Assembly: GCA_951406725.2 (NCBI GenBank)
Contig: OX597834.1
Span: forward strand, 26,660,001-26,724,000
Direction: 5' to 3'
Length of the DNA stretch: 64,000 bases
Source of the DNA: Octopus vulgaris
Taxonomy: Eukaryota
The position numbers were made by a program, and so were the translations under genes. Under the pieces are notes generated by a model, which saw only the letters and a list, made by a program, of their open reading frames with translations, did no database searches and was not told where the DNA came from. Below are positions 52,990 to 64,000 of the stretch, piece after piece; the first letter of the stretch is position 1; each line of letters begins with the position of its first letter.

Positions 52990-54900
52990 GCAAAAGGCCG
53001 AATAGAGGTAAGATGTAACGAAATCGAGGAGGTAAAGGTGTACATCCACTTAGAGCCCAGATGGAAGATGTGCCATGTGATGGATTCTGAAATCTCAAAG
53101 AGAACGAGGGCAAGGTAGAAGACACTTGTCTCCATAAAGGATGTGCTCAAAGTAAAGCCGGATGTAACTATATGTGCCAGATTCTTCAATAGTACCTATT
53201 TCTTTATTACCCACAGGAGGCTAAACACAAAGGGGACAAACAAGGACAGACATAGGTATTAAGTCGATTACATCGACCCCAGTGCGTAACTGGTACTTAA
53301 TTTATCGACCCCGAAAGGATGAAAGGCAAAGTCGACCTCGGCGGAATTCGAACTCACAACGTAACGCAGATGAAATACCTATTTCTTTACTACCCACAAG
53401 GGGCTAAACATAGAGGGGACAAACAAGGACAGACATAGGTATTAAGTCGATTACATCGACCCCAGTGCGTAACTGGTACTTAATTTATCGACCCCGAAAG
53501 GATGAAAGGCAAAGTCGACCTCGGCGGAATTTGAACTCACAACGTAACGCAGACGAAATACCTATTTCTATTTATTTATTACCCACAAGGGGCTAAACAC
53601 AGAGGGGACAAACAAGGACAGACATAGGTATTAAGTCGATTACATCGACCCCAGTGCGTAACTGGTACTTAATTTATCGACCCCGAAAGGATGAAAGGCA
53701 AAGTCGACCTCGGCGGAATTCGAACTCACAACGTAACGCAGATGAAATACCTATTTCTTTACTACCCACAAGGGGCTAAACATAGAGGGGACAAACAAGG
53801 ACAGACATAGGTATTAAGTCGATTACATCGACCCCAGTGCGTAACTGGTACTTAATTTATCGACCCCGAAAGGATGAAAGGCAAAGTCGACCTCGGCGGA
53901 ATTTGAACTCACAACGTAACGCAGACGAAATACCTATTTCTATTTATTTATTACCCACAAGGGGCTAAACACAGAGGGGACAAACAAGGACAGACATAGG
54001 TATTAAGTCGATTACATCGACCCCAGTGCGTAACTGGTACTTAATTTATCGACCCCGAAAGGATGAAAGGCAAAGTCGACCTCGGCGGAATTCGAACTCA
54101 CAACGTAACGCAGATGAAATACCTATTTCTTTACTACCCACAAGGGGCTAAACATAGAGGGGACAAACAAGGACAGACATAGGTATTAAGTCGATTACAT
54201 CGACCCCAGTGCGTAACTGGTACTTAATTTATCGACCCCGAAAGGATGAAAGGCAAAGTCGACCTCGGCGGAATTCGAACTCACAACGTAACGCAGATGA
54301 AATACCTATTTCTTTACTACCCACAAGGGGCTAAACATAGAGGGGACAAACAAGGACAGACATAGGTATTAAGTCGATTACATCGACCCCAGTGCGTAAC
54401 TGGTACTTAATTTATCGACCCCGAAAGGATGAAAGGCAAAGTCGACCTCGGCGGAATTTGAACTCAGAATGTAGCGGCAGACGAAATACCTATTTCTTTA
54501 TTACCCACAAGGAGGCTAAACACAAAGGGGACAAACAAGGACAGACATAGGTATTAAGTCGATTACATCGACCCCAGTGCGTAACTGGTACTTAATTTAT
54601 CGACCCCGAAAGGATGAAAGGCAAAGTCGACCTCGGCGGAATTTGAACTCACAACGTAACGCAGACGAAATACCGCTAAGCATTTCGCCCGGCGTGCTAA
54701 CGTTTCTGCCAGCTCGCCGCCTTTAATAGTACCACGGTATCTGAGACCTTAAACACAACTGAGAGGTGTGCTACTACGTAGAGGGAAGAACATCGATTGG
54801 CTACGATGCGATGGTCCATGCGAGGAATATCATTGCGGGAGTATATCCACAATGAGATAATTTGAGAATGGGACGGATAGTCGCAGGGTTCACAGACAAT
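52990..54900 (+). pseudogene. Decayed RTE reverse-transcriptase C-terminal fragment hosting the 8-mer SINE array
   Basis: DSEISKRTRAR*KTLVSIKDVLK...FNST | ...ATT*REEHRL...MRGISLREYIHNEII reads across the insertion. Confidence 0.6.
53197..54722 (-). mobile_element. tRNA-derived SINE family B: one head plus 8 tandem ~183-bp bodies
   Basis: Head GGCGGCGAGCTGGCAGAAACGTTAGC at the right end; B-box-like GAGTTCAAATTCC; core GCCTTTCATCCTTTCGGGGTCGATAAA (Meta/MESC-like, from memory). TSD aatagtacc at 53188-96 and 54725-33. Confidence 0.9.
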
Positions 54901-55254
54901 TCTTCGCTACTGATATAGGAAAACAGTGACTGAAAAATCACTGTGCTGTGATTAGCTGCCCAACTGAATAGAAATCCGTTATATACAACAAAGACTTTAT
55001 TAGTTTAAAATAGACATCAGTGTATCATACTTGATGCAGGTATGTCGTGAAAGGCGGCATTCGCTGGGAGATGATGTCCCCTTATGGACGTGATGTGTTT
55101 AAGAACACAAAAGTATATCAGAGGCAGACGAAAACCACCCAGTAGCCGCAGCAGTGAGAATGCTAGATGCAAATTTCTGCCTTGTTGAGCTTCGTCAGTA
55201 TCAGGTACCCGATGCCGACTACATGTGAAGACAAAACCAGTCGCTACCGATAGA

Positions 55255-55640
55255 TGGAAGCACTCCGTCGGTTACAACAATGAGGGTTCCGGTTGATCCG
55301 AATCAACGGAACAGCCTGCTCGTGAAATTAACGTGTAAGTGGCTGAGCACTCCACAGACACGTGTACCCTTAACGTAGTTCTCGGGGATATTCAGCGTGA
55401 CATAGAGAGTGACAAGGCCGGCCCCTTGAAATACAGGTACAACAGAAACAGGAAGTAAGAGTGAGAGAAAGTTGTGGTGAAAGAGTACAGCAGGGATCAC
55501 CACCACCCCCTGCCGGAGCCTCGGGGAACTTTTAGGTGTTTTCGCTCAATAAACACTCACAACGCCCGGTCTGGGAATCGAAACCGTGATCCTATGACCG
55601 CGAGTCCGCTGCCCCAACCACTGGGCCATTGCGCCTCCAC
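55255..55640 (-). mobile_element. tRNA-derived SINE family D
   Basis: 13-bp TSD cgctaccgataga. Confidence 0.88.
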
Positions 55641-55775
55641 CGCTACCGATAGAGTAAAACAATGATTGAATAAACAATAACTGTTGTGGTGATTACACGC
55701 GGGGATTATCGTTACGTGCATTAGAAGCAGATTATATTAAGACAGATTAATCTGATACTGCTTCTGTTGCATATA

Positions 55776-56372
55776 TATTTCTTTATTGCTCACCAGAGGC
55801 TAAACACAGAGGAGACAAACAAGGACAGACAAAGGGATTAAGTCGATTACATCGACCCCAGTGCGTAACTGGTACTTAATTTATCAACCCCTGAAAAGAT
55901 GAAAGGCAAAGTCGACCTCGGCGGAATTTGAACTCAGAACGTAGCGGCAGACGAAATACCTATTTCATTACTACCCACAAGGGGATAAACACAGAGGAGA
56001 CAAACAAGGACTGACAAAGGGATTAAGTCGATTACATCGACCCCAGTGCGTAACTGGTGCTTAATTTATCAACCCCGGAAGGATGAAAGGCAAAGTCGAC
56101 CTCGGCGGAATTTGAACTCAGAACGTAGCGGCAGACGAAATACCTATTTCTTTACTACCCACAAGGGGCTAAACACAGAGGAGACAAACAAGGACTGACA
56201 AAGGGATTAAGTCGATTACATCGACCCCAGTGCGTAACTGGTACTTAATTTATCAACCCCTGAAAGGATGAAAGGCAAAGTCGACCTCGGCGGAATTTGA
56301 ACTCAGAACGTAACGGCAGACGAAATACGGCAACGCGTTTCGCCCGGCGTGCTAACGTTTCTGCCAGCTCGC
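55776..56372 (-). mobile_element. SINE family B trimer
   Basis: Three bodies plus one head; 15-bp TSD cttctgttgcatata (55761-75 and 56373-87). Confidence 0.9.
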
Positions 56373-57119
56373 CTTCTGTTGCATATAACGAAGTGGAAAG
56401 CTGTTTGGCTGTTATTTCTAGCTAGTCAGGTGATTGCGTAGAGTCTTTCTCATTAACTTGGTATTGTCTGTCTTACTTGGTTCGTTTATATTTAAATATT
56501 TATTGTTGTTGTCGTCGTTGATGTTGAGTACCGCGGTTCTGTCTTTTGTCTACAACATCAAAGAACGGCAGAGCAGCAACAGGTTTCTTCTCCCAACACC
56601 GTTCTGTCGATGGATGACAACAGGTAACCCTCATTAATTAACTTTTATCACAGAAATGTCGTACCAACTCACCCGGTTTGTTATTCCCTCCTCCCGTATT
56701 CCAAAACCAACCCGCTTACCATTAATCCACCCAGTTCATTCACAGTCATATACATATATATAGTCTATCTATCTCTGTCCTTTGTACTGTCCACCTTCGT
56801 GTTTTATATTTCTGTTTTTTTTATATATATTTTTGTTTCTTGTATTTACATTCGTGTGGCATCCTGTCTTTGTTCCGTATACATTCGACCCTCTTTCCAA
56901 GAAATCCAATGCCTGTGGCTTGGATTTTCCTTGGGGCTGGCCGGGTCGGAGTGATATCGAGATTAAACAGCCAAAATTACTAAGATGATCCGGTTCCCGA
57001 CTGAAGATTAGAGGCTTCGAATGACCCGTCGGTTTTTTGTGTCGTCTCCTTGTGTGTTTTTGCGTTCTTGTCCCACTTTGTAATTTATATTTTATATTAA
57101 ATTCTATCTATCTACCTAC

Positions 57120-57189
<70 letters not shown>

Positions 57190-57195
57190 CTCTCC

Positions 57196-57274
<79 letters not shown>

Positions 57275-58091
57275 CACCGTCTGTTTGTCAGTCTGTCTAT
57301 TTGTCCATCTGGCTCTCTCTGTCTGTCTCTGTAAATCTGTGTCAGTCTGCCTGTCTGCCTGTCTGCCTGTCTGTCTGTCTCTCTATCTATATACCTGTCT
57401 TTCTGTATACCTGTCTTTCTGTATACATAAATTCGTCCATACATCGAAACACCTTCATCGATTTACGTAATACCAAATAAATAACATTCTTAGCCTCCAA
57501 ATTGCCAAAAGAATGATTTTTATTTTTATATCGATCAGTCTATTAATTCTTCAATGATACCGAAATCGATATTTATTCTTTAAATAAACCGTCAACTATT
57601 GGAATTTCTTCTCTGCAACATAGGAATTATTCATGTTCATCTTCATAAAAAAAAAGAAAGAAAAAAAAAGAAAGAAAAACAGAATCTTTTTTTATTAAAA
57701 AATATTTATTTTCAAAAAACGCCGATAATTTCCTTTTAAAAATTCTACAGTTTTCCCCTAAAGCCAAGACTGGAATTTAAAAACAAAATTTATTATCAGA
57801 TATGCATGTCGTTGTTGTTGTTGTTGTTGTTGTGGTCTAGCTGCATGTGAGGGTCCATCATCATCACTATCATCATCATCACCATCTAATATCCGTTTTT
57901 CATGCTGGCATGTGTTGGACGAATTGACAAGGATACGATGAGCCCAAGGGCTACATCGTACTCCAGAGTCTGCTTTGATATGGTTTCTATCACTGGATGC
58001 CCTTCCTTATACCAATCCCCTAACAATGTGCACTGGCTGCTTGTTCGTGGCACCAGCACTAGTCAGGTTGCCATGTACCTTGCATGACTAA

Positions 58092-58378
58092 GTGGGCCTA
58101 AATCTCTCGTGGAAGCGTCATCCAACCAAAGTACAAATATATGGGAAATTACCACCTGTATCATCTCTTGTGAAAGGTAGAAGAGTCCAGTTTGCTGAAA
58201 ACGAGGTAATTTCTACTCTTTTCCTCTGGAAGCCATCTGCTCGCGATACCAGAGGGCGCACACTCTCCTACCCTGATGTAATCTCCAGGGATACAGGCAT
58301 CCAGCAACAGGACCATGAAGTCTGGCGTAACATAGTAAATTCCATTGTCTTGACCACGGGTGAACAATGATGATGATA
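58092..58378 (+). pseudogene. RTE-like LINE 3' fragment with (TGA)n tail
   Basis: LNLSWKRHPTKVQIYGKLPPVS.LVK.RR..FA...LWKP...RGRTLSYPD.I.RDTG...WR. Confidence 0.7.
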
Positions 58379-58771
58379 GCAGGGATAGATAAATAGATGG
58401 AAAGAGAGAAAGAGAGAGAGAGAGAGAGAGTGAGAGAGAGTGAAAGAGAGAGAGAGAGAGAAAGAAAGAAGAGGGAGAGGCAGGCAGGTTCATGTTACAA
58501 GATGATGGGTTAAAGTAAACACCCTTAGAAGACGAAAAAGAATTGGCGCGCAAGGCTTACAAAGAATCGAACCCTGATTGCGCGTTCAGTACCATTAAGC
58601 ATGAAAGAAGAGGCCATAAAGGAACAGATTTCTTCCTGTCAGCAATATTGATATTTCCGTCGAATCGAGGGACTTCGTAAAGGTTTTGCCATTGATCTCA
58701 TTAAAATGCATGTGGCTGCTACTGCTGCTGCTGCTGCTGCTATTGATGTTGTTGTTGTTTAAACCAAATAG

Positions 58772-58962
58772 GCCTTAATGTCCTTCTCGATAAAGACTTT
58801 ATCCCTAAAGTTGGAGATTTTGCTACAGCTCGGCCTGGCCCTATGGGAAACAACACGACAGCAGTATTAACAGCTGTTGTTATGGGAACGTCAGCTTATC
58901 AAGCACCAGAGGCTCGTTTGCATGATATTTCTGCGAAATTAGATTCTTTTGGTTTCGGTGTG
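58772..58962 (+). CDS. Isolated exon of an IRAK/Pelle-like Ser/Thr kinase, subdomains VIb-IX (LNVLLDKDFIPKVGDFATARPGPMGNNTTAVLTAVVMGTSAYQAPEARLHDISAKLDSFGFGV)
   Basis: Hand translation with no stops. Motifs NVLLD, K(V)GDF, GT..Y.APE and D.F.FGV. tag acceptor at 58770-71, GTG|gtaaag donor at the FGV|V position typical of IRAK genes. No partner exons found, so it may be a pseudo-exon. Confidence 0.82.
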
Positions 58963-59679
58963 GTAAAGTAGTGACCTCGTCTTGTTTCTTCATTGATCTC
59001 AATGGAACTTGGAAACTTTCCAAGAACTCATCCTTAAGATCAGGCGTGGCCGTGTGGTTAAGTTGTTTGTTTTCCAGTCGCATGGCTCTGAGTTCAATCC
59101 TACTGGCAATTATTTTGTACTATAAGCCCCTGGCTGACCAAAGCCTTATGAGTAGATCTGAAAGAAGGAAACTGAAAGAAACCCATTGTGTGTGTGTGTG
59201 TGTAAGATTGTAAGATCATGGTTTCAGTTCCTGGACCAGACAATGTGTTTTGTTCAAGAATACACCCCAATTTCGTTTTTGGTTTTTACATAAGCGTATG
59301 AATCCCCGAGTGTAGAATGCAAATTCGCAAAAAATTTCTGAAAATTCCAAAAGATAAAGAAGCTATGAAGGGGGTTAAATATCGGACGCAAAGCAGAAGT
59401 TGATTTATTTAGAGTTTCATATTAAAACACGCCACGCTCAAAATAGCTGCTTCCAAGTCCTGTTTTCTGACTGGGTGAAAATTATCAAATCTCTATAACT
59501 TAAATTTTTTTTTTCTGGAAGAAGTGAAATATCGCCTGAGATATTTCCCGAAAGGATGAAAGGCAAAGTCGACCTCGGCGGAATTTGAACTCACAACGTA
59601 ACGACAGACGAAATACCGCTAAGCATTTCGCCCGGCGTGCTAACGTTTCTGCCAGCTCGCCGCATACACACACATACAT

Positions 59680-59750
<71 letters not shown>

Positions 59751-60149
59751 GAGAGAGAGAGAAAGACATGCGGACATATATCCATACATACACATATAAG
59801 TAATGAGAGTTAGAGAAGAGCAAGGTAACTATCCTACAGTGTACCGTACCACAATATACACCCACTCTAAACATCAGCATTTTTTCAGTGTCGTTTGTGT
59901 TGAAGGCTTGGTCTATTTAGCTCACTCCGCTTTCGTCCAGGTCCGACCAAGCGCTCACCTTGCGGCCTCTGTTGGCACACGGATTTGTTCGGTGATCCTT
60001 CAGCACACACAACCTGATTGTTTCTGTTTAATCAGGGTTAGGATGACAGTTCTGCACACCTGTACCTGAGCCAGCCAGCCACCCACCCAGCAAGCCGGCC
60101 AGCCGGCCACCCGTCAAGTTCTCTTTAGGACCAACACCAACACCAACAG

Positions 60150-60163
60150 GTTGCTAATGTCAC
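60150..60163 (-). promoter_or_regulatory. Candidate RFX X-box
   Basis: Minus-strand GTGACATTAGCAAC fits GTNRCN-N(0-3)-RGYAAC. A second GTTGCC half-site at 60197-60202. Both lie in a locally GC-rich, non-repeat patch upstream of a motile-cilia gene. Confidence 0.4.
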
Positions 60164-60459
60164 TAGTTTAGCGGGAAGGGTGGGGGATGGAACTCGGTTG
60201 CCACTACAATCTTCGCTCTCTCGTGTATACATACATACATACATACATGCATGCATGCATACATATATACATACATACATACATACATACATACACACAC
60301 ATACATACATGCGTGCATGCATGCATACATACATACATACATACATACATACATACATGCATACATGCATGCATACATACATACATACATACACACACAT
60401 ACATGCATACATACATACATACATACGCACACATGCACACACACACACATATATATACA

Positions 60460-60491
<32 letters not shown>

Positions 60492-60602
60492 CACATACAT
60501 ACATACATACATACACAACATACATAGATACATACATATATATATATATATACATACACTGTACATACATATATACATACATATATATATATATATATAC
60601 AT

Positions 60603-60675
<73 letters not shown>

Positions 60676-60790
60676 TATATATATACACTTACATACATAC
60701 GAGTATGTGTCTGCATATACATGTGTATGAATATGCATATGTGTATGTATGTATGTATATATGCACCTTCACTATCTATCTATCCATCTC

Positions 60791-60862
<72 letters not shown>

Positions 60863-60986
60863 GAAGAGTTAAGGAATGGAGCAGCTAAAACCCGAATTTT
60901 ATCGATTCCATTCCTTAACTCTTGCATATTTATTCACATACTTGGTAACCCTGACTGCCTTCGATCCTTCGATCTCACATTTCTCC

Positions 60987-61063
<77 letters not shown>

Positions 61064-61203
61064 CTCAGCCGGATGGCTGAAACAAGTAAAAGAGTAAAAG
61101 AGTAAATATATATATATATGATGTATGTATGTATGTATGTATGTATGTATGTGTATGTATGTATGTATGTATGTATGTATGTATGTATGTATGTATGTAT
61201 GTA

Positions 61204-61249
<46 letters not shown>

Positions 61250-61407
61250 AATGTATGTATGTATGTATGAATGTATGTATGAATGTATGTATGTATGTAT
61301 GTATGTATGTATGTATGTGTGTATGTGTGTGTGTGTGTGTATGTGTGTATGTATGTGTGTGTGTATGTATGTATGTATGTATGTGTATGTATGTATGTAT
61401 GTATGTA

Positions 61408-61458
<51 letters not shown>

Positions 61459-61759
61459 ATGTATGAATGTATGTATGTATGTATGAATGTATGTATGAAT
61501 GTATGTATGTATGTATGTATGTATGTATGTATGTGTGTATGTGTGTGTGTGTGTGTGTGTATGTGTGTATGTATGTGTGTGTGTATGTATGTATGTATGT
61601 ATGTATGTATGTATGTATGTATGTCACACACGCCCTCTCATATACACACGCATATTTTCCGTACAGAGGGTATATAGCAAAATTCTGCTCGCAAGAATTT
61701 TATATCTATTTCTGTGCGCGTGCGCGAGAGCGTGCATGCGTGCGAGAGCAATTAATCTT

Positions 61760-61857
<98 letters not shown>

Positions 61858-62246
61858 TATATTTGATAATTGGGGTTGTAAAGTTTAGTTCCAATGTGGA
61901 GAATGGGACGAAATCTGGAAGATAATTGGTAAATTTAATCTGCGGAATCTGTGCCTTAAACTTTACAATTCAGGAAGTGCGTGCACGCACGTGTGGTGGT
62001 GTGGCGTCTGTGCGTGTGTGTGTGTGTGTGTGTGTGTATGTGTTGTAATGGCGTATATTTATATGGGTGTGTGCGTGTGTGTAAGGGTGTGTTTGTGTGT
62101 GTGTCGGTACTTGAAAAGTTTTGGCTTACTTAATCTGTTTCATTTGTTGTTTTTTGGTATGTGTGAGTTGCGGTATTGAGGGTGTGGACAAGGGAAGACA
62201 GATTCTAAGATGATTGAATACCAGTTGACAGTGACCCTCATTTAGT

Positions 62247-62291
<45 letters not shown>

Positions 62292-62369
62292 AAATGTATG
62301 TCCCTCACGCTCTCCGTGGTACGCAATTATTGCTTGGAATGATTATTTTCACTAAAACTTCGAGGGCAC

Positions 62370-62429
<60 letters not shown>

Positions 62430-62438
62430 GTCTATCTA

Positions 62439-62484
<46 letters not shown>

Positions 62485-62651
62485 CGTCCGTCCGTCCGTC
62501 CGTCCACCCGCCCGCCCGCCCGCCCGTCCGTCCGTCCGTCCGTCTGTCTGTCTGTCTGTCTGTCCGTCTGTCCGTCCGTCCGTCCGTCCGTCCATCCACC
62601 TACCTACCTACCTACCTACCTACCTACCTACCTATCTATCTATCTATTTAC

Positions 62652-62740
<89 letters not shown>

Positions 62741-62884
62741 AGCTTGATTATTCTGAACCGATCGATGATTTTGCGAAGCGAAAAGCGCGCTGTGTTTCTC
62801 TTCAAAAGTCGCCTGGATTATAAAAGTGCTCTTTTATTCATATCTGGAAGTTTTACTAATTGAACTTATAGACATAAATAAATT

Positions 62885-63308
62885 TAACTTGTCCAGAGAC
62901 GTGCAACCAAACGCATACCCTCCATCAGACACCTACCATATTCTGAGCGCCTTGTTTCCCTGGGCATGGATTCACTGAAGCTCCGGCGTCTGGCGACGGA
63001 CTTGGTAAACACCCACAAAGTTATCAACCACCTCACCAACAACAACACTGAACACCTTTTTGATCTCCATGTGTCTAACACACGTGGACATGTTTACAAA
63101 GTCAGAAAACAACACAGCTCCCATGACTTTCGGAAACATTTTTTCACGCTCAGAGTTGCTGAAGCATGGAATAAACTGCCTGCATCAGTTGTTGACTGCC
63201 ATGACACTGCATCCTTTAAGGCCCTCATGCTTTCCGAAATCCGCCGAAACTACACCTGATTATATATACACTTTAGATGAGTTGTAGTGCACCTGAGCAC
63301 TGTACACA

Positions 63309-63347
<39 letters not shown>
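62885..63347 (+). mobile_element. 5'-truncated CR1/L2-clade LINE with (ATT)n tail
   Basis: VQRRATKRIP...YSERL..L...SL..RR...DL...HK...TRGH..K...RKHFF..RV...WNKLP; open frame to the stop at 63259; (ATT)n at 63309-47. Confidence 0.9.
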
Positions 63348-63578
63348 TAAAGATGTTCTTTAGGATAACGTGAAATATTGAACTTCAGATAGAATAAAGT
63401 AAAATATAGCTATGAATATAAGGTGCGTAGATTATGAATTTTGATTGAAGGAATGGGGCCTCGAAACAAAAAGTTGCTGGGGGGCCTCTAAAAGGCCCGC
63501 GATGGAGCTGGCACCAGCATGACCACAGTCTAATGACTGAAGCAAGTAAAATCACCGAGCTATCCATAAAGGTATAAT

Positions 63579-63614
<36 letters not shown>

Positions 63615-64000
63615 TAATCCAAACAAGAAAACAAAAAAGACCACAACGCAAAGAGGTGGAACAATTAAAGTATTATTAGGCGCTCAGGAAAAAAGGGAAG
63701 AAGGAGGGTATGACGTTTCGAGCGGAGCTCTTCGTCGGAAACATAAGAGAAAGAAAGATCCCGAGGTGGGAGGACAGAGGGAAAAAAATGCGAGTGGTCT
63801 TCACGAGGTAAACATACTGAAAGGCGGAAGTGGTAGACAAGAGGGGACAGGTTTTCAAAGACAGGAGAGCGGAAAAAGAAGGAAGGTAAAACACAGTGTG
63901 CGAGATGAAGAGGGTGTGTGTGTGAGTGTGTGCGTGTGTGTGTATGTATGTATATGTTGGGCGACGGCTGTGTGAGTGAGTGTATATATATGTATGCTGA

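Noticed and set aside
53197-54722. Tandem array as a CRISPR or a hammerhead-containing retrozyme
   Set aside because: No unique spacers and no CUGANGA...GAAA core seen on either strand; the tRNA head and TSD indicate a SINE.
62740-62810. [16 protein letters not shown] as the next kinase exon
   Set aside because: It resembles the extreme C-terminus of hAT transposases, not kinase subdomains IX-XI, and is too short to call.

Overview
Eukaryotic, AT-rich, repeat-dense genomic DNA. The SINE families, (TA)n/(TATG)n microsatellites and gene structure point to a cephalopod (Octopus-like) genome; this is an inference. Almost all long ORFs in the supplied track are microsatellite artefacts. The real gene content is: (1) seven minus-strand exons (51365 to 557) of an ARMC4/ODAD2 (gudu-like) armadillo-repeat gene, which splice in frame and continue off the left edge; (2) one isolated, intact plus-strand exon of an IRAK/Pelle-like kinase (58772-58962) that the ORF track misses. 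The introns hold at least five SINE families, decayed mariner/Tc1, hAT, piggyBac-like, Helitron (Pif1), RTE and CR1/L2 fragments, minisatellites and several fold-back hairpins. The most interesting observations are: the orphan kinase exon; head-less tandem SINE multimers each flanked by one target-site duplication; Penelope-type minimal hammerhead ribozyme motifs inside (TA)n tracts; a Tc1-like MITE that has captured a SINE fragment and is present twice; and a candidate RFX X-box promoter for the ciliary gene. All family assignments are from recognition by eye, not from database searches.
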